Of a stretch of DNA of 64,000 nt, positions 39,366-53,900 are shown one piece after another. The translations under genes were made by a program, and so were the position numbers. Within the stretch, counting starts at the first letter, position 1. The number at the start of each line of letters is the position of its first letter. The notes beneath the pieces were generated by a model, which was not told where the DNA came from, searched no databases, and was given only the letters and a program-made list of their open reading frames with translations. This DNA comes from the human T2T-CHM13v2.0 reference genome, Homo sapiens, in NCBI RefSeq assembly GCF_009914755.1, contig NC_060933.1; one strand, written 5' to 3'.

Positions 39366-41917
39366 CATTCTCAGAAACTTCCTTGTGATGTGTGTACTCA
39401 AGTAACAGAGTTGAACCTTCCTTTTGACAGAGCAGTTTTGAAGCACTCTTTTTGTAGAATCTGCAAGTGGATATTTTGATACCTTTGAGGATTTCGTTGG
39501 ACACGGGATATCTTCATATAAAATCTAGACAGAAGCATTCTCAGAAACTTCTTTGTGCTGTATGTCCTCAATTAACAGAGTTGAACCTTTGTGTGGATAC
39601 AGCATTTTGGAAACATTCCTTTAGTAGAATCTGCAAGTTGATATTTAGATAGCTAGGAAGATTTCCTTGGAAACGGGAATATCTTCATATAAAATCTAGA
39701 CGGAAGCATTCTCAGAAAGTGCTTTGTGATGTTTGCATTCAAGTCACAGAGTTGAATATTCCCTTTTATAGAGCAGGTTTGAAACACTCTTTCTGCACTA
39801 CCTGGAAGTGGACATTTGGAGCGCTTTGAGGCCTATGTTGAAAAAGGAAATATCTTCCCATAAAAACTAGACAGAAGCATTCTCAGAAACTTGTTTGTGA
39901 TGTGTGTATTCAACTAACAGAGATAAACCTCTCTTTTTACAGAGCAGTTTTGAAACACTCTTTTTGTGGAATCTGAAAGTGGATATTTGGAGAGCTTTGC
40001 GGATTTCGTTGGAAACGGGATTACATATAAAATCTAGGGAGAAGCATTCTCAGGAACTTCTTTGTGATGTTTGCCTTCAAGTCACAGGACTGAACATTCC
40101 CTTTCATAGAGCAGGTTTGAAACACTCTTTCTGTAGTATCTACTAGCTGACGTTTCAAGCGCTTTCAGGCCTATGGTGAGAAAGGAAATATCTTCAAGTA
40201 AAAACTAGACAGAAGCATTCTCAGAAACTTATTTGCCATGTGTGTTCTCAACTAACAGAGTTGAACCTTTGTTTTGATACGGCATTTTGGAAACACTCTT
40301 TTTGTAGAATCTGCAGGTGGATATTCGGATAGCTTTGAAGGTTTCGTTGGAAACGGGAATATCTTCATATAAAATCTTGACGGAAGCATTCTCAGAAACT
40401 GCTTTGTGATGTTTTCATTCAAGTCACAGAGTAGAATCTTCCCTGTTATATACCAGGTTTCAGACACTCTTTCTGCACTACCTGGAAGTGGACATTTGCA
40501 GCGCTTTGAGGCCTATGATGAAAAAGGAAATATCTTCCCATGAAAACTAGACAGAAGCATTCTCAGAAACTTGTTTGTGATGTGTGTATTCAACTAACAG
40601 AGATGAACCTTTCTTTTTACAGAGCAGTTTTGAAACACTCTTTTTGTGGAATCTGAAAGTGGATATTTGGATAGCTTTGAGGATTTCGTTGGAAACGGGA
40701 TTACATATAAAATCTAGAGAGAAGCATTCTCAGGAACTTCTTTGTGATGTTTGCATTCACGTCACAGAACTGAACATTCCCTTTCATAGAGCATGTTTGA
40801 AACACTCTTTCTGTAGTATCTGCAAACGGACATTTCAAACGCTTTCAGGCCTATGGTGAGAAAGGAAATATCTTCAAATAAAAACTAGACAGAAGCATTC
40901 TCAGAAACTTATTTGCGATGTGTGTCCTCAACTAACAGAGTTGAACCTTTCTTTTGATACAACATTTTGGAAACACTCTTTTTGTGGAATCTGCAAGTGG
41001 ATATTTGGATAGCTTTGAAGGTTTCGTTGGAAACGGGAATATCTTCATATAAAATCAAGACAGAAGCATTCTCAGAAACTTCTCTGTGATGTTTGCATTC
41101 AACTCATAGAGTTGAACACTTCCCTTCATACAGCAGGTTTGAAACACTCTTTTTCTAATATTTGGAAGTGGACTTTTGCAGCGCTTTGAAGCCTATGATG
41201 AAAAAGGTAATATCTTCCCATAAAAACTAGACAGAAGCATTCTCAGAAACTTGTTTGTGATGTGTGTATTCAACTAACAGAGATGAACCTTTCTTTTTAC
41301 AGAGCAGTTTTGAAACACTCTTTTTGTGGAATCTGAAAGTGGATATTTGGATAGCTTTGCGGATTTCGTTGGAAACGGGATTACATATAAAATCTAGGGA
41401 GAAGCATTCTCAGGAACTTCTTTGTGATGTTTGCATTCAAGTCACAGAACTGAACATTCCCTTTCATAGAGCAGGTTTGAAACACTCTTTCTGTAGTATC
41501 TGCAAGCGGACGTTTTAAGCGCTTTCAGGCCTGTGGTGAGAAAGGAAATATCTTCAAATAAAAACTAGACAGAAGCATTCTCAGAAACTTATTTGCGATG
41601 TGTGTCCTCAACTAACAGAGTTGAACCTTTCTTTTGATACAACATTTTGGAAACACTCTTTTTGTAGAATCTGCAAGTGGATATTTGGATAGCTTTGAAG
41701 GTTTCGTTGGAAACGGGAATATCTTCATATGAAATCAAGACAGAAGCATTCTCAGAAACTTCTCTGTGATGTTTGCATTCAACTCATAGAGTTGAACACT
41801 TCCCTTCATACAGCAGGTTTGAAACACTCTTTTTCTAATATTTGGAAGTGGACATTTGCAGCGCTTTGAGGCCTATGTTGAAAAAGGAAATATCTTCTCC
41901 TAAAAACCAGACAGAAG
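39366..41917 (+). repeat. 15-mer HOR variant (2,551-2,552 bp); also at 34943, 41918, 44469, 48893, 53317 and 57741
   Basis: 512+3x680=2,552 bp between trimer starts. Two compositions occur: T-A-B-C and T-A1-A2-B/C. Confidence 0.92.
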
Positions 41918-44900
41918 CATTCTCAGAAACTTCCTTGTGATGTGTGTACTCAAGTAACAGAGTTGAACCTTCCTTTTGACAGAGCAGTTTTGAAGCACTC
42001 TTTTTGTAGAATCTGCAAGTGGATATTTTGATACCTTTGAGGATTTCGTTGGACACGGGATATCCTCATATAAAATCTAGACAGAAGCATTCTCAGAAAC
42101 TTCTTTGTGCTGTATGTCCTCAATTAACAGAGTTGAACCATTGTGTGGATACAGCATTTTGGAAACATTCCTTTAGTAGAATCTGCAAGTTGATATTTAG
42201 ATAGCTAGGAAGATTTCCTTGGAAACGGGAATATCTTCATATAAAATCTAGACGGAAGCATTCTCAGAAAGTGCTTTGTGATGTCTTCATTCAAGTCACA
42301 GAGTAGAATGTTCCCTTTTATAGAGCAGGTTTGAAACACTCTTTCTGCACTACCTGGAAGTGGACATTTGGAGCACTTTGAGGCCTATGTTGAAAAAGGA
42401 AATATCTTCCCATAAAAACTAGACAGAAGCATTCTCAGAAACTTGTTTGTGATGTGTGTATTCAACTAACAGAGATGAACCTTTCTTTTTACAGAGCAGT
42501 TTTGAAACACTCTTTTTGTGGAATCTGAAAGTGGATATTTGGATAGCTTTGAGGATTTCGTTGGAAACGGGATTACATATAAAACCTAGAGAGAAGCATT
42601 CTCAGGAACTTCTTTGTGATGTTTGCCTTCAAGTCACAGGACTGAACATTCCCTTTCATAGAGCAGGTTTGAAACACTCTTTCTGTAGTATCTGCAAGCT
42701 GACGTTTCAAGCGCTTTCAAGCCTATGGTGACAAAGGAAATATCTTCAAGTAAAAACTAGACAGAAGCATTCTCAGAAACTTATTTGCGATGTGTGTTCT
42801 CAACTAACAGAGTTGAACCTTTGTTTTGATATGGCATTTTGGAAACACTCTTTTTGTAGAATCTGCAGGTGGATATTCGGATAGCTTTGAAGGTTTCGTT
42901 GAAACGGGAATATCTTCATATAAAATCTAGACGGAAGCATTCTCAGAAACTGCTTTGTGATGTTTTCATTCAAGTCACAGAGTAGAATGTTCCCTGTTAT
43001 ATACCAGGTTTGAGACACTCTTTCTGCACTACCTGGAAGTGGACGTTTGGAGCGCTTTGAGGCCTATGTTGAAAAAGGAAATATCTTCCCATAAAAACTA
43101 GACAGAAGCATTCTCAGAAACTTGTTTGTGATGTGTGTATTCAACTAACAGAGATGAACCTTTCTTTTTACAGAGCAGTTTTGAAACACTCTTTTTGTGG
43201 AATCTGAAAGTGGATATTTGGATAGCTTTGAGGATTTCGTTGGAAACGGGATTACATATAAAACCTAGAGAGAAGCATTCTCAGGAACTTCTTTGTGATG
43301 TTTGCATTCAAGTCACAGAACTCAACATTCCCTTTCATAGAGCAGGTTTGAAACACTCTTTCTGTAGTATCTGCAAGCTGACGTTTCAAGCGCTTTCAGG
43401 CCTATGGTGAGAAAGGAAATATCTTCAAGTAAAAACTAGACAGAAGCATTCTCAGAAACTTATTTGCGATGTGTGTTCTCAACTAACAGAGTTGAACCTT
43501 TGTTTTGATATGGCATTTTGGAAACACTCTTTTTGTAGAATCTGCAGGTGGATATTCGGATAGCTTTGAAGGTTTCGTTGGAAACGGGAATATCTTCATA
43601 TAAAATCTAGACGGAAGCATTCTCAGAAACTGCTTTGTGATGTTTTCATTCAAGTCACAGAGTAGAATGTTCCCTGTTATATACCAGGTTTGAGACACTC
43701 TTTCTGCACTACCTGGAAGTGGACATTTGCAGCGCTTTGAGGCCTATGATGAAAAAGGAAATATCTTCCCATAAAAACTAGACAGAAGCATTCTCAGAAA
43801 CTTGTTTGTGATGTGTGTATTCAACTAACAGAGATGAACCTTTCTTTTTACAGAGCAGTTTTGAAACACTCTTTTTGTGGAATCTGAAAGTGGATATTTG
43901 GATAGCTTTGAGGATTTCGTTGGAAACGGGATTACATATAAAATCTAGAGAGAAGCATTCTCAGGAACTTCTTTGTGATGTTTGCATTCACGTCACAGAA
44001 CTGAACATTCCCTTTCATAGAGCAGGTTTGAAACACTCTTTCTGTAGTATCTGCAAGCGGACGTTTTAAGCGCTTTCAGGCCTGTGGTGAGAAAGGAAAT
44101 ATCTTCAAATAAAAACTAGACAGAAGCATTCTCAGAAACTTATTTGCGATGTGTGTCCTCAACTAACAGAGTTGAACCTTTCTTTTGATACAACATTTTG
44201 GAAACACTCTTTTTGTAGAATCTGCAAGTGGATATTTGCATAGCTTTGAAGGTTTCGTTGGAAACGGGAATATCTTCATATAAAATCAAGACAGAAGCAT
44301 TCTCAGAAACTTCTCTGTGATGTTTGCATTCAACTCATAGAGTTGAACACTTCCCTTCATACAGCAGGTTTGAAACACTCTTTTTGTAATATTTGGAAGT
44401 GGACATTTGCAGCGCTTTGAGGCCTATGTTGAAAAAGGAAATATCTTCTCCTAAAAACCAGACAGAAGCATTCTCAGAAACTTCCTTGTGATGTGTGTAC
44501 TCAAGTAACAGAGTTGAACCTTCCTTTTGACAGAGCAGTTTTGAAGCACTCTTTTTGTAGAATCTGCAAGTGGATATTTTGATACCTTTGAGGATTTCAT
44601 TGGACACGGGATATCTTCATATAAAATCTAGACAGAAGCATTCTCAGAAACTTCTTTGTGCTGTATGTCCTCAATTAACAGAGTTGAACCTTTGTGTGGA
44701 TACAGCATTTTGGAAACATTCCTTTAGTAGAATCTGCAAGTTGATATTTAGATAGCTAGGAAGATTTCCTTAGAAACGGGAATATCTTCATATAAAATCT
44801 AGACGGAAGCATTCTCAGAAAGTGCTTTGTGATGTTTGCATTCAAGTCACAGAGTTGAATATTCCCTTTTATAGAGCAGGTTTGAAACACTCTTTCTGCA

Positions 44901-47900
44901 CTACCTGGAAGTGGACATTTGGAGCGCTTTGAGGCCTATGTTGAAAAACGAAATATCTTCCCATAAAAACTAGACAGAAGCATTCTCAGAAACTTGTTTG
45001 TGATGTGTGTATTCAACTAACAGAGATGAACCTTTCTTTTTACAGAGCAGTTTTGAAACACTCTTTTTGTGGAATCTGAAAGTGGATATTTGGATAGCTT
45101 TGAGGATTTCGTTGGAAACGGGATTACATATAAAACCTAGAGAGAAGCATTCTCAGGAACTTCTTTGTGATGTTTGCCTTCAAGTCACAGGACTGAACAT
45201 TCCCTTTCATAGAGCAGGTTTGAAACACTCTTTCTGTAGTATCTGCAAGCTGACGTTTCAAGCGCTTTCAGGCCTATGGTGAGAAAGGAAATATCTTCAA
45301 GTAAAAACTAGACAGAAGCATTCTCAGAAACTTATTTGCCATGTGTGTTCTCAACTAACAGAGTTTAACCTTTGTTTTGATACGGCATTTTGGAAACACT
45401 CTTTTTGTAGAATCTGCAGGTGGATATTCGGATAGCTTTGAAGGTTTCGTTGGAAACGGGAATATCTTCATATAAAATCTTGACGGAAGCATTCTCAGAA
45501 ACTGCTTTGTGATGTTTTCATTCAAGTCACAGAGTAGAATCTTCCCTGTTATATACCAGGTTTCAGACACTCTTTCTGCACTACCTGGAAGTGGACATTT
45601 GCAGCGCTTTGAGGCCTATGATGAAAAAGGAAATATCTTCCCATAAAAACTAGACAGAAGCATTCTCAGAAACTTGTTTGTGATGTGTGTATTCAACTAA
45701 CAGAGATGAACCTTTCTTTTTACAGAGCAGTTTTGAAACACTCTTTTTGTGGAATCTGAAAGTGGATATTTAGATAGCTTTGAGGATTTCGTTGGAAACG
45801 GGATTACATATAAAATCTAGAGAGAAGCATTCTCAGGAACTTCTTTGTGATGTTTGCATTCACGTCACAGAACTGAACATTCCCTTTCATAGAGCATGTT
45901 TGAAACACTCTTTCTGTAGTATCTGCAAACGGACATTTCAAACGCTTTCAGGCCTATGGTGAGAAAGGAAATATCTTCAAATAAAAACTAGACAGAAGCA
46001 TTCTCAGAAACTTATTTGCGATGTGTGTCCTCAACTAACAGAGTTGAACCTTTCTTTTGATACAACATTTTGGAAACACTCTTTTTGTGGAATCTGCAAG
46101 TGGATATTTGGATAGCTTTGAAGGTTTCGTTGGAAACGGGAATATCTTCATATAAAATCAAGACAGAAGCATTCTCAGAAACTTCTCTGTGATGTTTGCA
46201 TTCAACTCATAGAGTTGAACACTTCCCTTCATACAGCAGGTTTGAAACACTCTTTTTGTAATATTTGGAAGTGGACATTTGCAGCGCTTTGAGGCCTATG
46301 ATGAAAAAGGTAATATCTTCCCATAAAAACTAGACAGAAGCATTCTCAGAAACTTGTTTGTGATGTGTGTATTCAACTAACAGAGATGAACCTTTCTTTT
46401 TACAGAGCAGTTTTGAAACACTCTTTTTGTGGAATCTGAAAGTGGATATTTGGATAGCTTTGCGGATTTCGTTGGAAACGGGATTACATATAAAATCTAG
46501 GGAGAAGCATTCTCAGGAACTTCTTTGTGATGTTTGCATTCAAGTCACAGAACTGAACATTCCCTTTCATAGAGCAGGTTTGAAACACTCTTTCTGTAGT
46601 ATCTGCAAGCGGACGTTTTAAGCGCTTTCAGGCCTGTGGTGAGAAAGGAAATATCTTCAAATAAAAACTAGACAGAAGCATTCTCAGAAACTTATTTGCG
46701 ATGTGTGTCCTCAACTAACAGAGTTGAACCTTTCTTTTGATACAACATTTTGGAAACACTCTTTTTGTAGAATCTGCAAGTGGATATTTGGATAGCTTTG
46801 AAGGTTTCGTTGTAAACGGGAATATCTTCATATGAAATCAAGACAGAAGCATTCTCAGAAACTTCTCTGTGATGTTTGCATTCAACTCATAGAGTTGAAC
46901 ACTTCCCTTCATACAGCAGGTTTGAAACACTCTTTTTCTAATATTTGGAAGTGGACATTTGCAGCGCTTTGAGGCCTATGTTGAAAAAGGAAATATCTTC
47001 TCCTAAAAACCAGACAGAAGCATTCTCAGAAACTTCCTTGTGATGTGTGTACTCAAGTAACAGAGTTGAACCTTCCTTTTGACAGAGCAGTTTTGAAGCA
47101 CTCTTTTTGTAGAATCTGCAAGTGGATATTTTGATACCTTTGAGGATTTCGTTGGACACGGGATATCTTCATATAAAATCTAGACAGAAGCATTCTCAGA
47201 AACTTCTTTGTGCTGTATGTCCTCAATTAACAGAGTTGAACCTTTGTGTGGATACAGCATTTTGGAAACATTCCTTTAGTAGAATCTGCAAGTTGATATT
47301 TAGATAGCTAGGAAGAGTTCCTTGGAAACGGGAATATCTTCATATAAAATCTAGACGGAAGCATTCTCAGAAAGTGCTTTGTGATGTTTGCATTCAAGTC
47401 ACAGAGTTGAATGTTCCCTTTTATAGAGCAGGTTTGAAATACTCTTTCTGCACTACCTGGAAGTGGACATTTGGAGCGCTTTGAGGCCTATGTTGAAAAA
47501 GGAAATATCTTCCCATAAAAACTAGACAGAAGCATTCTCAGAAACTTGTTTGTGATGTGTGTATTCAACTAACAGAGATGAACCTTTCTTTTTACAGAGC
47601 AGTTTTGAAACACTCTTTTTGTGGAATCTGAAAGTGGATATTTGGATAGCTTTGAGGATTTCGTTGGAAACGGGATTACATATAAAACCTAGAGAGAATC
47701 ATTCTCAGGAACTTCTTTGTGATGTTTGCATTCAAGTCACAGAACTGAACATTCCCTTTCATAGAGCAGGTTTGAAACACTCTTTCTGTAGTATCTGCAA
47801 GCTGACGTTTCAAGCGCTTTCAGGCCTATGGTGAGAAAGGAAATATCTTCAAGTAAAAACTAGACAGAAGCATTCTCAGAAACTTATTTGCCATGTGTGT

Positions 47901-50900
47901 TCTCAACTAACAGAGTTGAACCTTTGTTTTGATACGGCATTTTGGAAACACTCTTTTTGTAGAATCTGCAGGTGGATATTCGGATAGCTTTGAAGGTTTC
48001 GTTGGAAACGGGAATATCTTCATATAAAATCTAGACGGAAGCATTCTCAGAAACTGCTTTGTGATGTTTTCATTCAAGTCACAGAGTAGAATGTTCCCTG
48101 TTATATACCAGGTTTGAGACACTCTTTCTGCACTACCTGGAAGTGGACATTTGCAGCGCTTTGAGGCCTATGATGAAAAAGGAAATATCTTCCCATAAAA
48201 ACTAGACAGAAGCATTCTCAGAAACTTGTTTGTGATGTGTGTATTCAACTAACAGAGATGAACCTTTCTTTTTACAGAGCAGTTTTGAAACACTCTTTTT
48301 GTGGAATCTGAAAGTGGATATTTGGATAGCTTTGAGGATTTCGTTGGAAACGGGATTACATATAAAATCTAGAGAGAAGCATTCTCAGGAACTTCTTTGT
48401 GATGTTTGCATTCACGTCACAGAACTGAACATTCCCTTTCATAGAGCATGTTTGAAACACTCTTTCTGTAGTATCTACAAACGGACATTTCAAAAGCTTT
48501 CAGGCCTATGGTGAGAAAGGAAATATCTTCAAATAAAAACTAGACAGAAGCATTCTCAGAAACTTATTTGCGATGTGTGTCCTCAACTAACAGAGTTGAA
48601 CCTTTCTTTTGATACAACATTTTGGAAACACTCTTTTTGTAGAATCTGCAAGTGGATATTTGAATAGCTTTGAAGGTTTCGTTGGAAACGGGAATATCTT
48701 CATATAAAATCAAGACAGAAGCATTCTCAGAAACTTCTCTGTGATGTTTGCATTCAACTCATAGAGTTGAACACTTCCCTTCATACAGCAGGTTTGAAAC
48801 ACTCTTTTTGTAACATTTGGAAGTGGACATTTGCAGCGCTTTGAGGCCTATGTTGAAAAAGGAAATATCTTCTCCTAAAAACCAGACAGAAGCATTCTCA
48901 GAAACTTCCTTGTGATGTGTGTACTCAAGTAACAGAGTTGAACCTTCCTTTTGACAGAGCAGTTTTGAAGCACTCTTTTTGTAGAATCTGCAAGTGGATA
49001 TTTTGATACCTTTGAGGATTTCGTTGGACACGGGATATCTTCATATAAAATCTAGACAGAAGCATTCTCAGAAACTTCTTTGTGCTGTATGTCCTCAATT
49101 AACAGAGTTGAACCTTTGTGTGGATACAGCATTTTGGAAACATTCCTTTAGTAGAATCTGCAAGTTGATATTTAGATAGCTAGGAAGATTTCCTTGGAAA
49201 CGGGAATATCTTCATATAAAATCTAGACGGAAGCATTCTCAGAAAGTGCTTTGTGATGTTTGCATTCAAGTCACAGAGTTGAATATTCCCTTTTATAGAG
49301 CAGGTTTGAAACACTCTTTCTGCACTACCTGGAAGTGGACATTTGGAGCGCTTTGAGGCCTATGTTGAAAAAGGAAATATCTTCCCATAAAAACTAGACA
49401 GAAGCATTCTCAGAAACTTGTTTGTGATGTGTGTATTCAACTAACAGAGATGAACCTCTCTTTTTACAGAGCAGTTTTGAAACACTCTTTTTGTGGAATC
49501 TGAAAGTGGATATTTGGAGAGCTTTGCGGATTTCGTTGGAAACGGGATTACATATAAAATCTAGGGAGAAGCATTCTCAGGAACTTCTTTGTGATGTTTG
49601 CCTTCAAGTCACAGGACTGAACATTCCCTTTCATAGAGCAGGTTTGAAACACTCTTTCTGTAGTATCTGCAAGCTGACGTTTCAAGCGCTTTCAGGCCTA
49701 TGGTGAGAAAGGAAATATCTTCAAGTAAAAACTAGACAGAAGCATTCTCAGAAACTTATTTGCCATGTGTGTTCTCAACTAACAGAGTTGAACCTTTGTT
49801 TTGATACGGCATTTTGGAAACACTCTTTTTGTAGAATCTGCAGGTGGATATTCGGATAGCTTTGAAGGTTTCGTTGGAAACGGGAATATCTTCATATAAA
49901 ATCTTGACGGAAGCATTCTCAGAAACTGCTTTGTGATGTTTTCATTCAAGTCACAGAGTAGAATCTTCCCTGTTATATACCAGGTTTCAGACACTCTTTC
50001 TGCACTACCTGGAAGTGGACATTTGCAGCGCTTTGAGGCCTATGATGAAAAAGGAAATATCTTCCCATGAAAACTAGACAGAAGCATTCTCAGAAACTTG
50101 TTTGTGATGTGTGTATTCAACTAACAGAGATGAACCTTTCTTTTTACAGAGCAGTTTTGAAACACTCTTTTTGTGGAATCTGAAAGTGGATATTTGGATA
50201 GCTTTGAGGATTTCGTTGGAAACGGGATTACATATAAAATCTAGAGAGAAGCATTCTCAGGAACTTCTTTGTGATGTTTGCATTCACGTCACAGAACTGA
50301 ACATTCCCTTTCATAGAGCATGTTTGAAACACTCTTTCTGTAGTATCTGCAAACGGACATTTCAAACGCTTTCAGGCCTATGGTGAGAAAGGAAATATCT
50401 TCAAATAAAAACTAGACAGAAGCATTCTCAGAAACTTATTTGCGATGTGTGTCCTCAACTAACAGAGTTGAACCTTTCTTTTGATACAACATTTTGGAAA
50501 CACTCTTTTTGTAGAATCTGCAAGTGGATATTTGAATAGCTTTGAAGGTTTCGTTGGAAACGGGAATATCTTCATATAAAATCAAGACAGAAGCATTCTC
50601 AGAAACTTCTCTGTGATGTTTGCATTCAACTCATAGAGTTGAACACTTCCCTTCATACAGCAGGTTTGAAACACTCTTTTTGTAATATTTGGAAGTGGAC
50701 ATTTGCAGCGCTTTGAGGCCTATGATGAAAAAGGAAATATCTTCCCATAAAAACTAGACAGAAGCATTCTCAGAAACTTGTTTGTGATGTGTGTATTCAA
50801 CTAACAGAGATGAACCTTTCTTTTTACAGAGCAGTTTTGAAACACTCTTTTTGTGGAATCTGAAAGTGGATATTTGGATAGCTTTGCGGATTTCGTTGGA

Positions 50901-53900
50901 AACGGGATTACATATAAAATCTAGGGAGAAGCATTCTCAGGAACTTCTTTGTGATGTTTGCATTCAAGTCACAGAACTGAACATTCCCTTTCATAGAGCA
51001 GGTTTGAAACACTCTTTCTGTAGTATCTGCAAGCGGACGTTTTAAGCGCTTTCAGGCCTGTGGTGAGAAAGGAAATATCTTCAAATAAAAACTAGACAGA
51101 AGCATTCTCAGAAACTTATTTGCGATGTGTGTCCTCAACTAACAGAGTTGAACCTTTCTTTTGATACAACATTTTGGAAACACTCTTTTTGTAGAATCTG
51201 CAAGTGGATATTTGGATAGCTTTGAAGGTTTCGTTGGAAACGGGAATATCTTCATATGAAATCAAGACAGAAGCATTCTCAGAAACTTCTCTGTGATGTT
51301 TGCATTCAACTCATAGAGTTGAACACTTCCCTTCATACAGCAGGTTTGAAACACTCTTTTTCTAATATTTGGAAGTGGACATTTGCAGCGCTTTGAGGCC
51401 TATGTTGAAAAAGGAAATATCTTCTCCTAAAAACCAGACAGAAGCATTCTCAGAAACTTCCTTGTGATGTGTGTACTCAAGTAACAGAGTTGAACCTTCC
51501 TTTTGACAGAGCAGTTTTGAAGCACTCTTTTTGTAGAATCTGCAAGTGGATATTTTGATACCATTGAGGATTTCGTTGGACACGGGATATCTTCATATAA
51601 AATCTAGACAGAAGCATTCTCAGAAACTTCTTTGTGCTGTATGTCCTCAATTAACAGAGTTGAACCTTTGTGTGGATACAGCATTTTGGAAACATTCCTT
51701 TAGTAGAATCTGCAAGTTGATATTTAGATAGCTAGGAAGAGTTCCTTGGAAACGGGAATATCTTCATATAAAATCTAGACGGAAGCATTCTCAGAAAGTG
51801 CTTTGTGATGTTTGCATTCAAGTCACAGAGTTGAATGTTCCCTTTTATAGAGCAGGTTTGAAACACTCTTTCTGCACTACCTGGAAGTGGACATTTGGAG
51901 CGCTTTGAGGCCTATGTTGAAAAAGGAAATATCTTCCCATAAAAACTAGACAGAAGCATTCTCAGAAACTTGTTTGTGATGTGTGTATTCAACTAACAGA
52001 GATGAACCTTTCTTTTTACAGAGCAGTTTTGAAACACTCTTTTTGTGGAATCTGAAAGTGGATATTTGGATAGCTTTGAGGATTTCGTTGGAAACGGGAT
52101 TACATATAAAACCTAGAGAGAAGCATTCTCAGGAACTTCTTTGTGATGTTTGCATTCAAGTCACAGAACTGAACATTCCCTTTCATAGAGCAGGTTTGAA
52201 ACACTCTTTCTGTAGTATCTGCAAGCTGACGTTGCAAGCGCTTTCAGGCCTATGGTGAGAAAGGAAATATCTTCAAGTAAAAACTAGACAGAAGCATTCT
52301 CAGAAACTTATTTGCGATGTGTGTTCTCAACTAACAGAGTTGAACCTTTGTTTTGATATGGCATTTTGGAAACACTCTTTTTGTAGAATCTGCAGGTGGA
52401 TATTCGGATAGCTTTGAAGGTTTCGTTGGAAACGGGAATATCTTCATATAAAATCTAGACGGAAGCATTCTCAGAAACTGCTTTGTGATGTTTTCATTCA
52501 AGTCACAGAGTAGAATGTTCCCTGTTATATACCAGGTTTGAGACACTCTTTCTGCACTACCTGGAAGTGGACATTTGCAGCGCTTTGAGGCCTATGATGA
52601 AAAAGGAAATATCTTCCCATAAAAACTAGACAGAAGCATTCTCAGAAACTTGTTTGTGATGTGTGTATTCAACTAACAGAGATGAACCTTTCTTTTTACA
52701 GAGCAGTTTTGAAACACTCTTTTTGTGGAATCTGAAAGTGGATATTTGGATAGCTTTGAGGATTTCGTTGGAAACGGGATTACATATAAAATCTAGAGAG
52801 AAGCATTCTCAGGAACTTCTTTGTGATGTTTGCATTCACGTCACAGAACTGAACATTCCCTTTCATAGAGCAGGTTTGAAACACTCTTTCTGTAGTATCT
52901 GCAAGCGGACGTTTTAAGCGCTTTCAGGCCTGTGGTGAGAAAGGAAATATCTTCAAATAAAAACTAGACAGAAGCATTCTCAGAAACTTATTTGCGATGT
53001 GTGTCCTCAACTAACAGAGTTGAACCTTTCTTTTGATACAACATTTTGGAAACACTCTTTTTGTAGAATCTGCAAGTGGATATTTGCATAGCTTTGAAGG
53101 TTTCGTTGGAAACGGGAATATCTTCATATAAAATCAAGACAGAAGCATTCTCAGAAACTTCTCTGTGATGTTTGCATTCAACTCATAGAGTTGAACACTT
53201 CCCTTCATACAGCAGGTTTGAAACACTCTTTTTGTAATATTTGGAAGTGGACATTTGCAGCGCTTTGAGGCCTATGTTGAAAAAGGAAATATCTTCTCCT
53301 AAAAACCAGACAGAAGCATTCTCAGAAACTTCCTTGTGATGTGTGTACTCAAGTAACAGAGTTGAACCTTCCTTTTGACAGAGCAGTTTTGAAGCACTCT
53401 TTTTGTAGAATCTGCAAGTGGATATTTTGATACCTTTGAGGATTTCATTGGACACGGGATATCTTCATATAAAATCTAGACAGAAGCATTCTCAGAAACT
53501 TCTTTGTGCTGTATGTCCTCAATTAACAGAGTTGAACCTTTGTGTGGATATAGCATTTTGGAAACATTCCTTTAGTAGAATCTGCAAGTTGATATTTAGA
53601 TAGCTAGGAAGATTTCCTTAGAAACGGGAATATCTTCATATAAAATCTAGACGGAAGCATTCTCAGAAAGTGCTTTGTGATGTTTGCATTCAAGTCACAG
53701 AGTTGAATATTCCCTTTTATAGAGCAGGTTTGAAACACTCTTTCTGCACTACCTGGAAGTGGACATTTGGAGCGCTTTGAGGCCTATGTTGAAAAACGAA
53801 ATATCTTCCCATAAAAACTAGACAGAAGCATTCTCAGAAACTTGTTTGTGATGTGTGTATTCAACTAACAGAGATGAACCTTTCTTTTTACAGAGCAGTT

